NCBI GenBank assembly: GCA_035221665.1
Contig: CM069157.1
Span: 8,494,001 to 8,558,000, forward strand
Source of the DNA: Okamejei kenojei
Taxonomy: Eukaryota
DNA length: 64,000 nt
Reading direction: 5' to 3'
The translations under genes were made by a program, and so were the position numbers. Shown piece by piece: positions 1 through 11,530 of the stretch (the first letter of the stretch is position 1; every line of letters starts with the position of its first letter). The notes beneath the pieces are model-generated. The model saw nothing but the letters and a program-made list of their open reading frames with translations. It was not told where the DNA came from and did no database searches.

Positions 1-24
1 CTGGACAAGCCATCTGATTCAAAA

Positions 25-455
25 TACAGAAACACGGAACTGCAGATAGAATGCGTTGGAAGGAACTGCAGATGCTGGTTTGCACCGAAGATAGACACAA
101 AATGCTGGAGTATCTCAGCGGGTCAGGCAGCATCTCTTACTGTCCTGGGCCTCTTCCTCTGTCAGAACGAGGCCAAATACAAACTGATGCTGGTTTACAA
201 AGGACACAAAATGCTGGAGTAACTCAGTGGGTCAGGCAGCATCTCTGGAGAACATGACTAGGTGACGTTTTTGGTCAGGACCCTTATTCAGACTCATCAT
301 CCCTGGAGAACATGGATCGGCAAGGCTTTGGATCGGGACCCTTCTTCAGACTGATTGGTCTGAAGAAGGGTCCCGATCTGAAACATCACTTTTCCATGTT
401 CTCCGGGGATGCTACCTGACCCATTGAGTTCCTGCAGCACTTCATGTCTTTTTTT
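25..455. mobile_element. Cluster of Penelope-like element (PLE) terminal-repeat fragments in tandem and inverted orientation
   Basis: Repeated 'gaactgcagatgctgg..cacaaaatgctggagtaactcagcgggtcaggcagcatctctggaga..gacgtttc..gacccttcttcagac' followed by its reverse complement from about 356. Hammerhead-like core ctgaagaagggtcccgatctgaaacatc at 360-387. Confidence 0.7.
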
Positions 456-741
456 TCATTGAAAATACATCCGAGTTCTCGGTACATGCATGTTGAGTTC
501 ACCTACAAACGATGATTCCAAAGTACACTACAGGATTAGCTGTGCAGAGCTCCGAGACATCCTGCGAAAGGCACTGCACAACTGAAGGTTACACAGTACC
601 TCTTTCAGCCCTCCCACCCTCTTTCACAGATATTTTGAGCCACCCTTCCTTTCCCATCCGAACATAGTCCGGATGTAATTCCTATAGGCCATGCCATTTT
701 GCTGTGCTGTTGTCCTCCTGCAGTCTGACCACCTATTTCGC

Positions 742-914
742 ATAGAGTCATAGAGTGATACAGTGTGGAAACAGGCCCTTTGGCCCAACTTGCCCACACC
801 GGCCAACATGTCCCAGCTACACTGTCTGCGTCTGGTCCATATCCCTCCAAACGTGTCCTATCCATGTACCTGTCCAAATGTTTCTTAAACGTTGCGATAG
901 TCCCTGCCTCCATG
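742..914 (-). mobile_element. CR1/HER1-type LINE 3' end fragment
   Basis: Encodes 'EAGTIATFKKHLDRYMDRTRLEGYGP' (CR1 ORF2 C-terminus) plus the 'gggccaaagggcctgtttcc' 3' tail. Confidence 0.85.
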
Positions 915-1271
915 AAGCCCCTTCATTGCATGCTAATAACACAAGGATAAATATTTGACTTGGCCAAAATAGACTTGAGGGAGCTATAAATGGTTTGTTT
1001 AACTAATAAGCCATTGAAATGAGAACAAATGACCATGGGGGATAAGCATGAAGGTAAGATATGAACATTTCTCTTTATTGCCCACACTTCTTATGACACA
1101 GGTTCCTTCTCAGAAAAAAAGCTGAAAAGACATACATTAATCTTTAAGCAAGAAATGGATGATGAAGTTGTAAATGGTGTCTGCCATATTAAGGGTTGGC
1201 TTAGGAGTTAATTTTTAACCAAGATAAAATGAACTGAGAATAATTGCACAAAATCTCAATTTGTTCTATAC

Positions 1272-1760
1272 AGTAGTGATGTTGTTAATCTGGAAAGGGT
1301 GCAGAGAAGATTAACGAGAACGCTGCCAGGACTTGAGGACCTGAGCTAAAGGGAGAGATTGAGCAGGCTAGGACTCTATTCCTTGGAGCACAGGATCTTA
1401 TGGAGGTATACAAGATGATGAGAGGATTAGACAGGGTAAATACACTGAGTAGGGGAATCAAGAACCAGAGGACATAGGTTTAAGGTGAGGGGGGCAGAGA
1501 TTTAATAGGAATCTGAGGGGCAACTTTTTTTTACACAATGGGTGGTGGGTGTATGGAACAAGCTGCCGGAGGAGGTAATTGAGGCAGATACTGTCACAAG
1601 GTTGAAGAAATATTTGGAGAAGTACATAGATATGATAGGTTCAGAGGAATATGGACCAAATGCAGGCAGGTGAGTAGTGTAGATGGGGCATGTTGGTTGG
1701 CAAGGGTGGGTTGGGCTGAAGGGTCTGTTTCCATGCTGTACGACTCTATGACTCTCTATA
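1272..1760 (+). mobile_element. CR1-type LINE, 5'-truncated and degenerate
   Basis: Degenerate 'LERVQRRxTRxLPGLxxLS..RLxRLGLYSLE' through 'WNKLPEEV' coding, CR1 tail and a (gactctat) microrepeat end. Confidence 0.85.
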
Positions 1761-2249
1761 ACAATGAATGGACTTGCTGATTGTTGACATCTTGCCCTCC
1801 AATGATAAATTGGAAAGACTAAACTCAATGGGGCAAGTCATACTGCATTGTCTGGAATCTTAATCTATGGTTCCCATGAGTCTACCCTAATCTAGGCTGG
1901 AGATGGAGAAGCTTGAAGGCAACAAGATGGTCTGGATTACAACAGGACCATGTGAAATACTGTGAGGTAACCCTAGTCCTATTAATGTAGAAACAAGGAA
2001 CTACAGGTGCTGGAATCTTGCGTTGAACACAGAGTGCTGTGGTAACTCAGCGGGTCTGGCAGCATCTCTGGGGGACATGGATAGGCAGCGTTTCAGGTTG
2101 GGTCATTCTGATCCCATACAAGTCTGAAAACCCACGTGGTACTTTGTTTTCTGTCAAAGCAGCCGTGGAATTTAACATTAGAGACATTTAAAAGTAATTA
2201 AAATGAAGTAAAATAGTTAAACAAATTTAACATTTAAAAACACTTTAAA

Positions 2250-2740
2250 AACACACAACACAGCACTTAAGAAATGGATTTCAAATATGTCGGAAACGCT
2301 ACATCTCGAAGAAATGAGATTCCTCCTAATAGGGAAAGTAGACCAAAGATTAAAGATTTGGTCTCCTTTTATCGACTTCTTACAAGCATATGGTGCAACA
2401 TAACAGGGAAAGTAGACCAAAGAAATTAAATGGTTCAGAACCGGGTGACGGATGGGTAAAGATACTAAATAGGTATATCTCTCCTAATTTCTTTTCTTTC
2501 TATTTTCTCTTTTTTTCTCAATCTCCTTAGCTTCTTATCTCTGCTCTTTGTCTCTCTCGCTATCTGTTTCTACTCGCTTGTCTATCTATCTTGACACCCT
2601 TTATTTTCCTTTCTCTATCACTGCTCTTTTATTATTTAATTAAAAATAAGAAGTTGTACAAGAATGGTAATGTGTTTGTATGCATCAGGTACTTAGGTAC
2701 CACATCACTGTACTTCTAACAAAAAAAAACCCAAAAAAAA
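2250..2740 (+). mobile_element. L1-clade LINE 3' fragment
   Basis: Frame 'LKKWISNMSETLHLEEMRFLLIGKVDQRLKIWSPFIDFLQAYGAT*' resembles fish L1 ORF2 C-termini. It is followed by a pyrimidine-rich 3' UTR and an A-rich tail at about 2721-2740. Confidence 0.65.
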
Positions 2741-3129
2741 GAAATGATTATCATTAACCAGGTAAGCTCTGGAGAATGTGTCTTCTGCACTACAGCTATG
2801 GTATTGTTTGGATCCCTGGCTATTGCTGCAGCCCCTTATTGCTAACGTGAGGAATGAATTAATTTGGCCAAATAATATCTCCTGTGGTGGTGGGAGGAGG
2901 TGAGGTGGATAGTTCACTTGACACTGCTGGATGGAGATGATTGCAAATTCAAGCAGGGCTCTATGGTTACAAGGAAGGAGTATTAAAAGAGCCTACGCCT
3001 CACATTAGTTGTCTGACTGTCCACTGCTGACCATGGCTGGATGGTACGGACATACAGTTTAGAACTGGTCTGTTGGTTGTCCTATCACTTAACTACCACT
3101 TTGATTTTCATCTTCAGGCATGTATGTAA

Positions 3130-3310
3130 TCCAAGAATGCAGTTGCAGTAAGTTAGCACCTCATTGTGACACGTGCACAGTCTTCTACTCTCTTCATTCA
3201 GTGCCAGTGGTTGTAGTAAAATGATGCATCACCCTGGAGATACAGTGACAGATTGTGGTGGGATACAGCGCTGCCGCTGCGTACAGTTTCAAGCTGCAAG
3301 ACCTGACCTG
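3130..3310 (-). mobile_element. Highly eroded ancient LINE (CR1/L2-group) ORF2 relic
   Basis: Reverse complement 'gcagcggcagcgctgtatcccaccacaatctgt..gaatgaagagagtagaagac..aatgaggtgctaac' resembles an old elasmobranch LINE linker region (recalled similarity only). Confidence 0.4.
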
Positions 3311-3336
3311 ACTTTACCCCACCCTGACCATGATTA

Positions 3337-3638
3337 GGGTGGCACAGTGACTCAGTGGTAGAGTTGAAACCTTACAGCGCCAGATACCCAGGTTCCATCC
3401 TGACTACGACGGGTGTTGTCCATACGGAGTTTGCACGTTCTCCTCGTGACCGCGTGGAGATTTCCCGAGTGCTCCGGTTTCCTCCCACACTCCAAAGCCT
3501 TACAAGTCTGTAGACTCATTGCCTTTGTTATTGCAAATTGGCCCTAGTGTGTGGGATAGTGTTAGTGTACATGATGATCGCTAGTCGGCACAGACTGACT
3601 CAGTGGGCCGAAGGGCCTGTTTCCACGCTGCATCTCTA
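3337..3638 (+). mobile_element. HE1-like V-SINE (full length)
   Basis: tRNA-like head (ggcacagtgactcagtggtagag..ggttccatcc), V-domain 'gagtttgcacgttctcctcgtg..tccggtttcctcccacactccaaag', and HER1-like tail 'gggccgaagggcctgtttcc'. Confidence 0.9.
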
Positions 3639-3864
3639 AAAAAAGTGCATGTAAGAGGATGAAAGAAGTCTTCGGTGTAAAGACTGATAACACACTATTT
3701 TCACTGGGCTTGACATTAGAGTCAATGTCATCAGTGATAAAACCTGTATTGGATGAGGGATGTTAAGTGTAGAAAAATAAGGAATAGGAAATGGCCTTCT
3801 GTCCACATCGTTCCTGACGTGATGCCAAGTTAAACTAATCTCATCTGCCTTTGAAAGTGGGAAT

Positions 3865-4140
3865 AGTTTCTTCCCTTCAGTTATCAGGCTTCTGAATGGT
3901 CCTACCATAAGCTAGGGTACTGTCCATTTCACCTCTTCCCACTGGAGTTTGTCCATGCAAATGCTACAATGCTGAGAACTATATTCTGCACTCTGTATCT
4001 TCCCTGTGACTCTACCCATTGTTTCCGAGTTTGATTTGATTGTATTCATGCACAGTATTAGCTGACCTGATTGAATAGCATGCAGAACAAAGCTTTTCAC
4101 CGTACATCCGTGTAGTGACAATAATAAACCTAAATCTAAT
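3865..4140 (+). mobile_element. Rex1/Babar-type LINE 3' UTR fragment
   Basis: 'aatagtttcttccct..tatcaggcttctgaa' (NSFFP..IRLLN) and tail 'aaagcttttcaccgtac..gtgacaataataaac'. Confidence 0.6.
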
Positions 4141-5174
4141 AATCCATATCCTTCCATTCCCTGCACATCCATGTGCCTATCTAAAAACCTCTCCGCCACC
4201 ATAATCATACCCGGGTTGTTCATTTACTGCTGCGTCAAGTCAGTCAGTTACAAATTCTTTGTAGGAAGGAACTGCAGCCGCTGGTTTTAAACCGTAGATA
4301 GACACAAAAAAAGCTGGAGTAACTCAACGGGTCAGGCAGCATCTCTGGAGAAAAGGAATTGGTGACCTCTCGGGTCAGGAAGAAGGATATCTCTTTTCTC
4401 CAGAGTAGATGCAAAAGTTATATAACATGGAATTAGTGTGAACGGGTGATCGATGGTTGGCGAGGACTCAGTGGGCCGGAGGGCCTGTTTCTATGCTGTT
4501 TCTTTCAATCTTAATTCAGTCTCCCTTTCATCCTTTATTTCTATTTCTGGATCTAATTTGACTGATCTTCCATATTGCTAACCTTTTGTTTTTGTTTGTC
4601 TACACTCTCGTTCACTGATTAAGGAGACAGATAATTGGGCCTATAGTGCAGGAGGTCCCAATGACACGCCAACACCGTTATAATAGCAAAACGTACTGGT
4701 GGTGATTACAGCAAGATCTCCCCTCCAGGGCACATGAGTAAAGGCTATAATGGTTGAGCAATGGAGCAATAGGTTACTCCAAGTCCGAAGGAAATTGAGA
4801 GGCAGTGGGAGTGTTGAAATAAGCAAAGATCTGCTGAGCTGAAATTAAAACCAGAACATTAGCTGTCAAAACATCATGAGTAATAGTTCCTGCATCGGCC
4901 TCCCAGAAAATTCAGCTTCTCACTGTTTGAGAGGTCTTGCAGTGAATTAAATAAATGCTGTGCTTAGCTGGTCATCTGAGACCGCCATACGCCTTTAAGA
5001 CTTTTTTTTCTGAGGGGTCAGTGGAGATTCAAGTACTTAGTTGTATTTATTTTGCCAAGTAATGTGTGCCCGACTGGAATCTTGCTGAGTACAAATGGGC
5101 GATATAATTTTAACAAAATGATCCCTATATTGGAATTTATGTACATCTTGCAACTTTAACACTGTATTAATCAA

Positions 5175-5900
5175 AGGATGAACACTAAATGCTGGAGTAA
5201 CTCAGTGGGACTGGCAGCAGCATCTTTGGAGAGATGGAATGGATGACGTTTAGGATCGAGATCCTTCTTCAGAAGAAGGGTCTCGACCCGAATCGCCATC
5301 CATTCTTTCTCTCCAGAGATGCTACCCGAGCTACTCCAGCATTTTGTGTCTTTCTACGGTGTAAACCAGCATCTGCAGTTCCTTCCTGCACATTTACTCA
5401 GAGAGGAATGTTTCAGTCAGCTTCCTAGAGAGGACAAGCAGATGTTCAATGAGATGGAGATACAAGGAACAACAGGTGCTGGTTTACAAAAAAAAGACGC
5501 AAAATGCCTGGAATAACTCAGCAGGTCCGACGGCATGCCTGGAGTAAATGAATAGGACCCTTCTTCAGACAACCCAGGTGGATAGTTAAAGATAGACACA
5601 AAGTGCTGAAGTAACTCAGCAGGTCAGACTGGAGAAAGGTTCCAACCCGAAACGTCACCTATACATGTTCTCTAGAGATGTTGCCTGACCCTCTGAGTTA
5701 CTCCAGCACTTTGTGTCTATCATTGGTGTAAACCAGCATATGCAGTTCTTTGTTTCTGCAGGTGGATAGTTACATGGGTGATGGGAATGGAAGTGGGACA
5801 GGTGAGTGAAGAGAGACAAGAAACAGGAGTGAGGTCTGGGTTACCTGAAATTGTAACATTCATTAAGTTTTAGTTTACCAAGTGGAACATGTGGTGTCTT
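5175..5900. mobile_element. PLE terminal-repeat cluster (two palindromic pairs) plus antisense GIY-YIG C-terminal relic
   Basis: Head-to-head pairs centred near 5272 and 5635. The reverse complement of 5835-5898 resembles the PLE ORF end ('..caatttcaggtaacc'). Confidence 0.65.
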
Positions 5901-6266
5901 AAAGCAATTTAAAAGGTCATTTATAGTATTGATGTTGTGAGCACATCAGGTGACACTGCTGGCCATAAAGTGACAATGACTGCTTGTCAGAACCTATTAA
6001 TTGTGCAAAACACTTTGATCAGTTTCAACTGTTGAGCCAATGTAACATTGGAGCCAGTGACATTTCATTTAGCCATCCAATTTCTGTGAAAGAACCAGGG
6101 AAAAGGTTATTAGAGCAACACTGTGGAAAGTATCCGGTATGGTTACAGTGAAATGACTTACACCAAGTGACATTTGGCTCCTAATTTTGCTCAGGTTTTA
6201 GGTTTTTATCATTTCCTCCAAAGGCACTAGATTCTCATTACCTTCTCTCTCCCCCCTCCCCCCCCC

Positions 6267-6293
6267 CACACACACACACACACACACACACAC
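6267..6293. repeat. (CA)n microsatellite after a poly-C run
   Basis: Directly visible. Confidence 0.95.
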
Positions 6294-6444
6294 TAGCTGA
6301 TTTAATAAGTCAACGGATTCAAATGAAAGCGTTGAACAGAGCAGAAACAAGGTGAATATGAAATGGCTCACTTCAATCCCCGACAGAACAAGATCACCGA
6401 AAATGAATTAAAAATGTTCCGCTAGATAATTTATTTTGGTGGTT

Positions 6445-6703
6445 TTGTGAAAACGTCAACCCCTGTATACCTGCCTGCTGGCGCACGCAGGTATCGAACC
6501 CGGCGTTCGGAAGCCGTGGTCACGTGACTCGGGAGGGGCTGCTAGTTTTCGCGCAATTTTGTTTTCGCGCGGCAGTTGAGTGCTGACCACCGTTGTGGCC
6601 AGACGTGTTGTATGAACCCGTGAGCTAAGAAGCTATTTTGAGAATAAAATAAGTTACAAATCCTAGTTGTCATTCTTGCAACCGCCAAACCCCTTGGTAA
6701 AAC
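6445..6703 (+). other. CpG-rich ~260 bp block: solo LTR or small promoter
   Basis: GTCACGTGAC at 6519-6528, TTTCGCGC at 6547 and 6563, and AATAAA at 6643. The layout resembles a Gypsy/BEL LTR, but there are no clean TG..CA termini or TSD. Confidence 0.4.
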
Positions 6704-6839
6704 TGAAGGAGATTAATTAGTGAGTATATGCCATGAAATGATAAATCATATTTGGTGTGGTGGCAGGTCTGTACGTGCTGACATAATTAGAGGAGCCCAG
6801 AGAAGGTCTGTCTGAGGTAATAGCAATTTAAAATCAAAG

Positions 6840-7065
6840 TGCCAGAGACCCGGGTACGGGTGCAGTCTGTATGGAATTTAGACGTTCTCCCCGTGACCGC
6901 GTGGGCTTTGCCTGAGCGCTGCGGTTTGCTCCCACACTCCAAAGACGTGCGGGGTTTGGCTTTGCTTAAAAAAAAATTGTAAATTGTCCCTAGTGTGTCA
7001 GATTGCGCTAGAGTAGGCTGTTATGGCTGGTCGGTGCACCTGTTTCGACAATATCTCTCTAAAGT
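6840..7065 (+). mobile_element. HE1-like SINE, partial
   Basis: 'gccagagacccggg..gacgttctccccgtgaccgcgtgg..cccacactccaaagacg..ttgtaaattgtccctagtg'. Confidence 0.85.
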
Positions 7066-7879
7066 ATCTCCCTAAAGTCCTGAACCATTCCCCCGGCGAG
7101 CTGCCCATACTCCGACTCTTAACTCTACCTTGTTTGGTTATTCCTTTGCTGTACTTAAATATTCTTTTGCACTTCCTAGATCTTGCACCGTTCTGCTATT
7201 GTCCGCTATTGTCCATTGTATTTATTATTGTATGTATCATCGCATTCAGTTCTAATAAGTACCAACTACAAGTGCAACATCTAATCTAATCTATTTAGCT
7301 GCTTGAATCTGTCTTCTCTGTGCAATGTAACTGGAATATATTCTGGATTCAGAGACTCGAGTTCCAATCCTCCACCAGAGCGGTTGGGGAAGTCAAATTC
7401 ACATAGCTAAACAGATATATCAGATTAGCGATGAAATATAATCCAATCCATGGCTCTGATTAGTGGTGGCAAATCAACTAGATTTGATTATATTTTTGCA
7501 CTTGATGTTGTATTGTATTGTTATATTTATCATCACTTAAGTATTGTATTTAGCATTGCATACAGTAATAAGTAGAACAATAAATGCAAGTGTTAAATAT
7601 TATAATGAATAAATACAAATGCAACTAAATACAATGGCAGCAAAACCTAACCTATTTTAGTTGGGTTAGATAGTTAGATTAGGTTAGATAGTAGTTGACT
7701 AGCTACTACTAATCAGTGACATAGATTAGATTTATCTACTAATTCGATCTAATCTAATCTATTTAGCTGCTTGAATTTGACTTCCACATCTGCTGAGGTA
7801 GGATTGGAACTCAAGTCTCTGAATTGAGAATATGTTCTAGTTCCATAACATAGAGTACTGGTGTGGAAACTTTACTATG

Positions 7880-8145
7880 CAATACAGTGGCACAGCAGCA
7901 GAGCTCCAAAGACCTGGGTTTGATCTTGACTCTTGGTTTTGTCCTGGTTTTGTCCGGGTTTTGGCCTGGTTCTCTGGTTTACTCCCACATTCCAAAGATG
8001 TGCAGGCTGGTTGGTTATTTGGCTTCTGTAGATTGTCTCTAGTGTGTAGGATAGAGCATATGTATGGATGATCATAGGTCAGCGCGGACAAGGTGGGATG
8101 AAGGGCCTATTACCCTGCTGTATCTCTACACCAAACTAATCTAAA
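7880..8145 (+). mobile_element. HE1-like SINE, diverged
   Basis: V-domain and HER1-like tail ending 'tgtatctctacaccaaactaatctaaac'. Confidence 0.8.
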
Positions 8146-8484
8146 CCGTGCTCTTGAGATGGCGTGCCAAGAAGGGAACCATGCAGGTACAAACATATGA
8201 CTTGAGTTCAGAATTAGGCGCACAGCCAAGGGAACCTGGGCCACCATTCAGTTCAGCAAGAGCTGGCTGTTGCCACAAGAGAGCAAAAGGTGGCCCTTGT
8301 GCGCGATCTGATTGTAGCTTCAACTCCATGTTCCAGTCTCCCTGCAGTAATGTCTATTCCCTTTATGTGCTCAGGAAAATACCATCATAAATCAGGAAAT
8401 AGTAGCAGGAATGGAGTTTCAGCCGCTAGGCTCAATGGCAGGGCTGGAAACTAGAGGTTCCATCATCTGATCTTCACATTAGGA

Positions 8485-9025
8485 GTACCGTCACATTCGG
8501 AGTTCAGTTTTGGTCACCCTGCAAGAAGAAAGATGTTAGCTGGGAAAGGTATGGAGAATATTTGCACGGATGTTGCCAGGATTTGAGGGCCTGAGCTATA
8601 GGGAGAGGTTGAGTAGACTAGAACTTCATTGCTTGGGGCACGGGAGAATGAGGGGTGATCTTATAGAGGCATATAATATCATGAGGTGAATAGATAGGGT
8701 AAATGCACAGTGTTTTACCCAGAGTAGGGAAATCAAGAACCAAAGGACACAGGTCTAAGGAGAGGGCAACGATTTAATGGGAACCTGAGGGGCAAAGTTT
8801 TACACAATGGTGCGGAGAATAGGGGCAACTAGAGATGGTGGGTATATGGAGCAAGCTGCCAGAGGAGGTAGTTGAGGCAGGTACTATCACAATATTTAAA
8901 AGACATTTGGACAGGTACATGGATGAGAAAGGTTTAGAAGGATATGGACCAAACGCTGGTAGATGGGACTAGTGTAGATGGGGAACCCAGGTCGAAGGGC
9001 CTGTTTCCATGCTGTATGACTCTAT
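8485..9025 (+). mobile_element. CR1-type LINE 3' fragment, degenerate
   Basis: 'VQFWSP..RMLPGFEGLSYRERL..RGDLIE..AGTITIFKRHLDRYMD' remnants with tail. Confidence 0.85.
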
Positions 9026-9139
9026 GGCATCCTATATTTCCACACTGCAGTGCGGATTAATGGGTATCTATTATAAAAGGATAAGCATTTTGCAAGCAAC
9101 CAGCATTCAAGAAACAGAATATGGCTCATTAACCTAATC

Positions 9140-9400
9140 ACCCATTTGGCCTCATAAGTGTAAAGATCCCATGACATCAGTTAAAGTAACTCCCCTTGTC
9201 CACTGGCCAACTTTTATTCTTAAAGTAATAAAAAGTTATTAACCAACTCTCATCTCATTACTCTCTCAAATTTTGGTGTTCAGAAATTGGCTAGAAGACC
9301 TTTCACATCGCAACAGTACATTTACTTCAAAAATTGATTACTTGTTTGAAAAACACTTTGGGATGTGCTGACATTGTCAATGGTGTTTTATAAAAACAGG
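9140..9400 (+). mobile_element. Ancient Deu-domain SINE relic (SacSINE1/AmnSINE-like)
   Basis: 'aaagatcccatgac..gtccactggccaac..aaattggct..caacagt..acttcaaaa..cactttgggatgtgctgac..' is collinear with the recalled Deu-SINE core and tail. Confidence 0.6.
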
Positions 9401-9679
9401 CCCTCCCTTTTTATGCTTATCTGTTCAATCACAGATTCACTCAGACTTCCCTGTGGATTAAAGCACAAAGTGGTGGAGTAACTCAGTGGGTCAGGCTATG
9501 GAGGGAAAGGATAGGCGACGTTTCGGGTCGGGAACCTTCTCAGACCCAAAGTGTTGCCTATCAATTTCCTCCACAGATGCTGCCTGACCCACTGAGTTAC
9601 TCCAACATTTTGTGCTTTGCTCACGATTCCAGCATCTGCAGTTCATCATGACATTTGTATCCATCTTAACACCTTCGTT

Positions 9680-11226
9680 TAACCATATAACCATATAACC
9701 ATATAACAATTACAGCACGGAAACAGGCCCTCTCGGCCCTTCCAGTCCGTGCCGACCATTTGTTTTCCCCTAGTCCCATCTACCTGCACTCAGACCATAC
9801 CCCTCCATTCCCTTCACGTCCATATACCTATCCACTTTACTCGTAAATGTTAAAATCGATCCTGCCTCCACCACTTCTGCTGGAAGCTCATTCCACACAG
9901 CCACCACCCACTGAGTAAAGAAGTTCCCCCTCACGTTACCCCAAAACTTCTGTCCCTTAATTCTCATGTCATGCCCTCTTGTTTGAATCTTCCCTACCCT
10001 CAATGGGAAAAGCTTATCCACGTCAACTCTGTCTATCCCTTTCATCATTTTAAAGACCTCAATCAAGTCCCCCCTTAACCTTCTGCGCTCCAAAGAATAA
10101 AGACCTAACTTGTTCAACCTTTCTCTGTAACATAGTTGCTGGAACCCAGGCAACATTCTAGTAAATCTCCTCTGTACTCTCTCTATTTCGTTGAAATCCT
10201 TCCTATAATTAGGCGACCAAAATTGTACACCATACTCCAGAATTGGTCTTACCAATGCCTTGTACAATTGTAACATTACTTCCCTACTCCTATATTCAAT
10301 GCTCTGATTTATAAAGGCCAGCACACCAAAGGCTTTCTTTACCACCCTATCTACATGCGATTCCACCTTCAGGGAACTATGCACAGTTATTCCTAGATCC
10401 CTCTGTTCCACAGCATTCCTCAATTCCCTACCATTTACCATGTACTTCCTATTTTGATTTGTCCTGCCAAGATGTAGCACTTCACACTTATCAGCATTAA
10501 ACTCCATCTGCCATCTTTCAGCCCACTTTTCCAAATGGCCCACAATCTCTCTGTAGACTTTGAAAATCTACTTCATTATCCACAACACCACCTATCTTAG
10601 TATCATCTGCATACTTACTTATCCAATTTTCCACCCCATCATCCAGATCATTGATGTACATGACAAACAACAGTGGACCCAACACAGATCCCTGAGGCAC
10701 CCCACTGGTCACCGGCTTCCAACCTGACAAACAGCCATCCACCATTACTCTCTGACATCTCCCATTCAGCCACTGTTGAATCCATCTTGCTACTCCGCCA
10801 TTAACACCCAAAGATTGAACCTTCTTAACCAACCTTCCATGGGGAACCTTGTCAAAGGCCTTACTGAAATCCATATAGACAACATCCACTGCTGTACCCT
10901 CATCAATTTCCCTAGTTACCGCTTCAAAAAAATTCAAGAAGGTTTGTCAAACATGACCTTCCAGGCACAAATCCATGTTGACTGTTCCTGATCAGACCCT
11001 GTTTATCCAGATGCTTATATATATTATCTCCTGCTATTTCTACACTAACTTCCCTCAATGTCCTAGGGAATATCCTGTCAGGACCTGGAGACTTATCCAC
11101 TTTTATATTTTTCAAAAGTGTCAGTACTTCCTCCTCTTTGAATCTCATAGTTTCCATAGCTACTCTACTTTTTCCCCTTAACTCACAGAGTTCAATATCC
11201 TTCTCCTTGGTGAATACCGAAGAAAA
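9680..11226 (-). mobile_element. CR1-clade LINE (family A), 5'-truncated, RT domain with frameshifts and an internal deletion
   Basis: ORFs 10924-11157, 10518-10937 and 9770-10543: 'KSPGPD', 'SQHGF..GRSCLTNL', 'VYMDFSKAFDKVPH', 'GVPQGSVLGPLLF', 'YADDTK', CR1 C-terminus. (TATATGGT)n tail. Confidence 0.97.
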
Positions 11227-11530
11227 GTTTAGCTTAGAGATACAGCATGGAAAGAAGCCCTTCAGCCCACCGGGTCCGTGCCGACCAGCGATCCCCGCAC
11301 ACTAACACTATCCTACACACACTAGGAACAATTTACATTTAACAAAGCCAATTAACCTTCAAACCTGTACGTCTTCGGAGTGTGGGAGGAAACCAGAGAT
11401 TCCCGGCGAAAGCCCACGTGGTCACGGGGAGAACGTACAAACTCTACACAGATAACACTCATAGTCAGGATCCAACCCGGGTCTCTGGCGCTGTAAGGCA
11501 GCAACTCTACCGCTGCACCACCTGTCCGCC
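11227..11530 (-). mobile_element. HE1-like SINE (full length)
   Basis: Reverse complement of the HE1 head, V-domain and tail, abutting the 5' end of the CR1 copy. Confidence 0.9.

Noticed and set aside
25-455. Recurring short repeats as a CRISPR array or prokaryotic system
   Set aside because: The repeats are dispersed, irregular and degenerate, lie in clearly vertebrate DNA, and have no constant spacer length or cas genes.
3337-3410. tRNA-like A/B boxes as tRNA genes
   Set aside because: They are heads of HE1-like SINEs, continuing into the V-domain and LINE-derived tail, with no acceptor stem.
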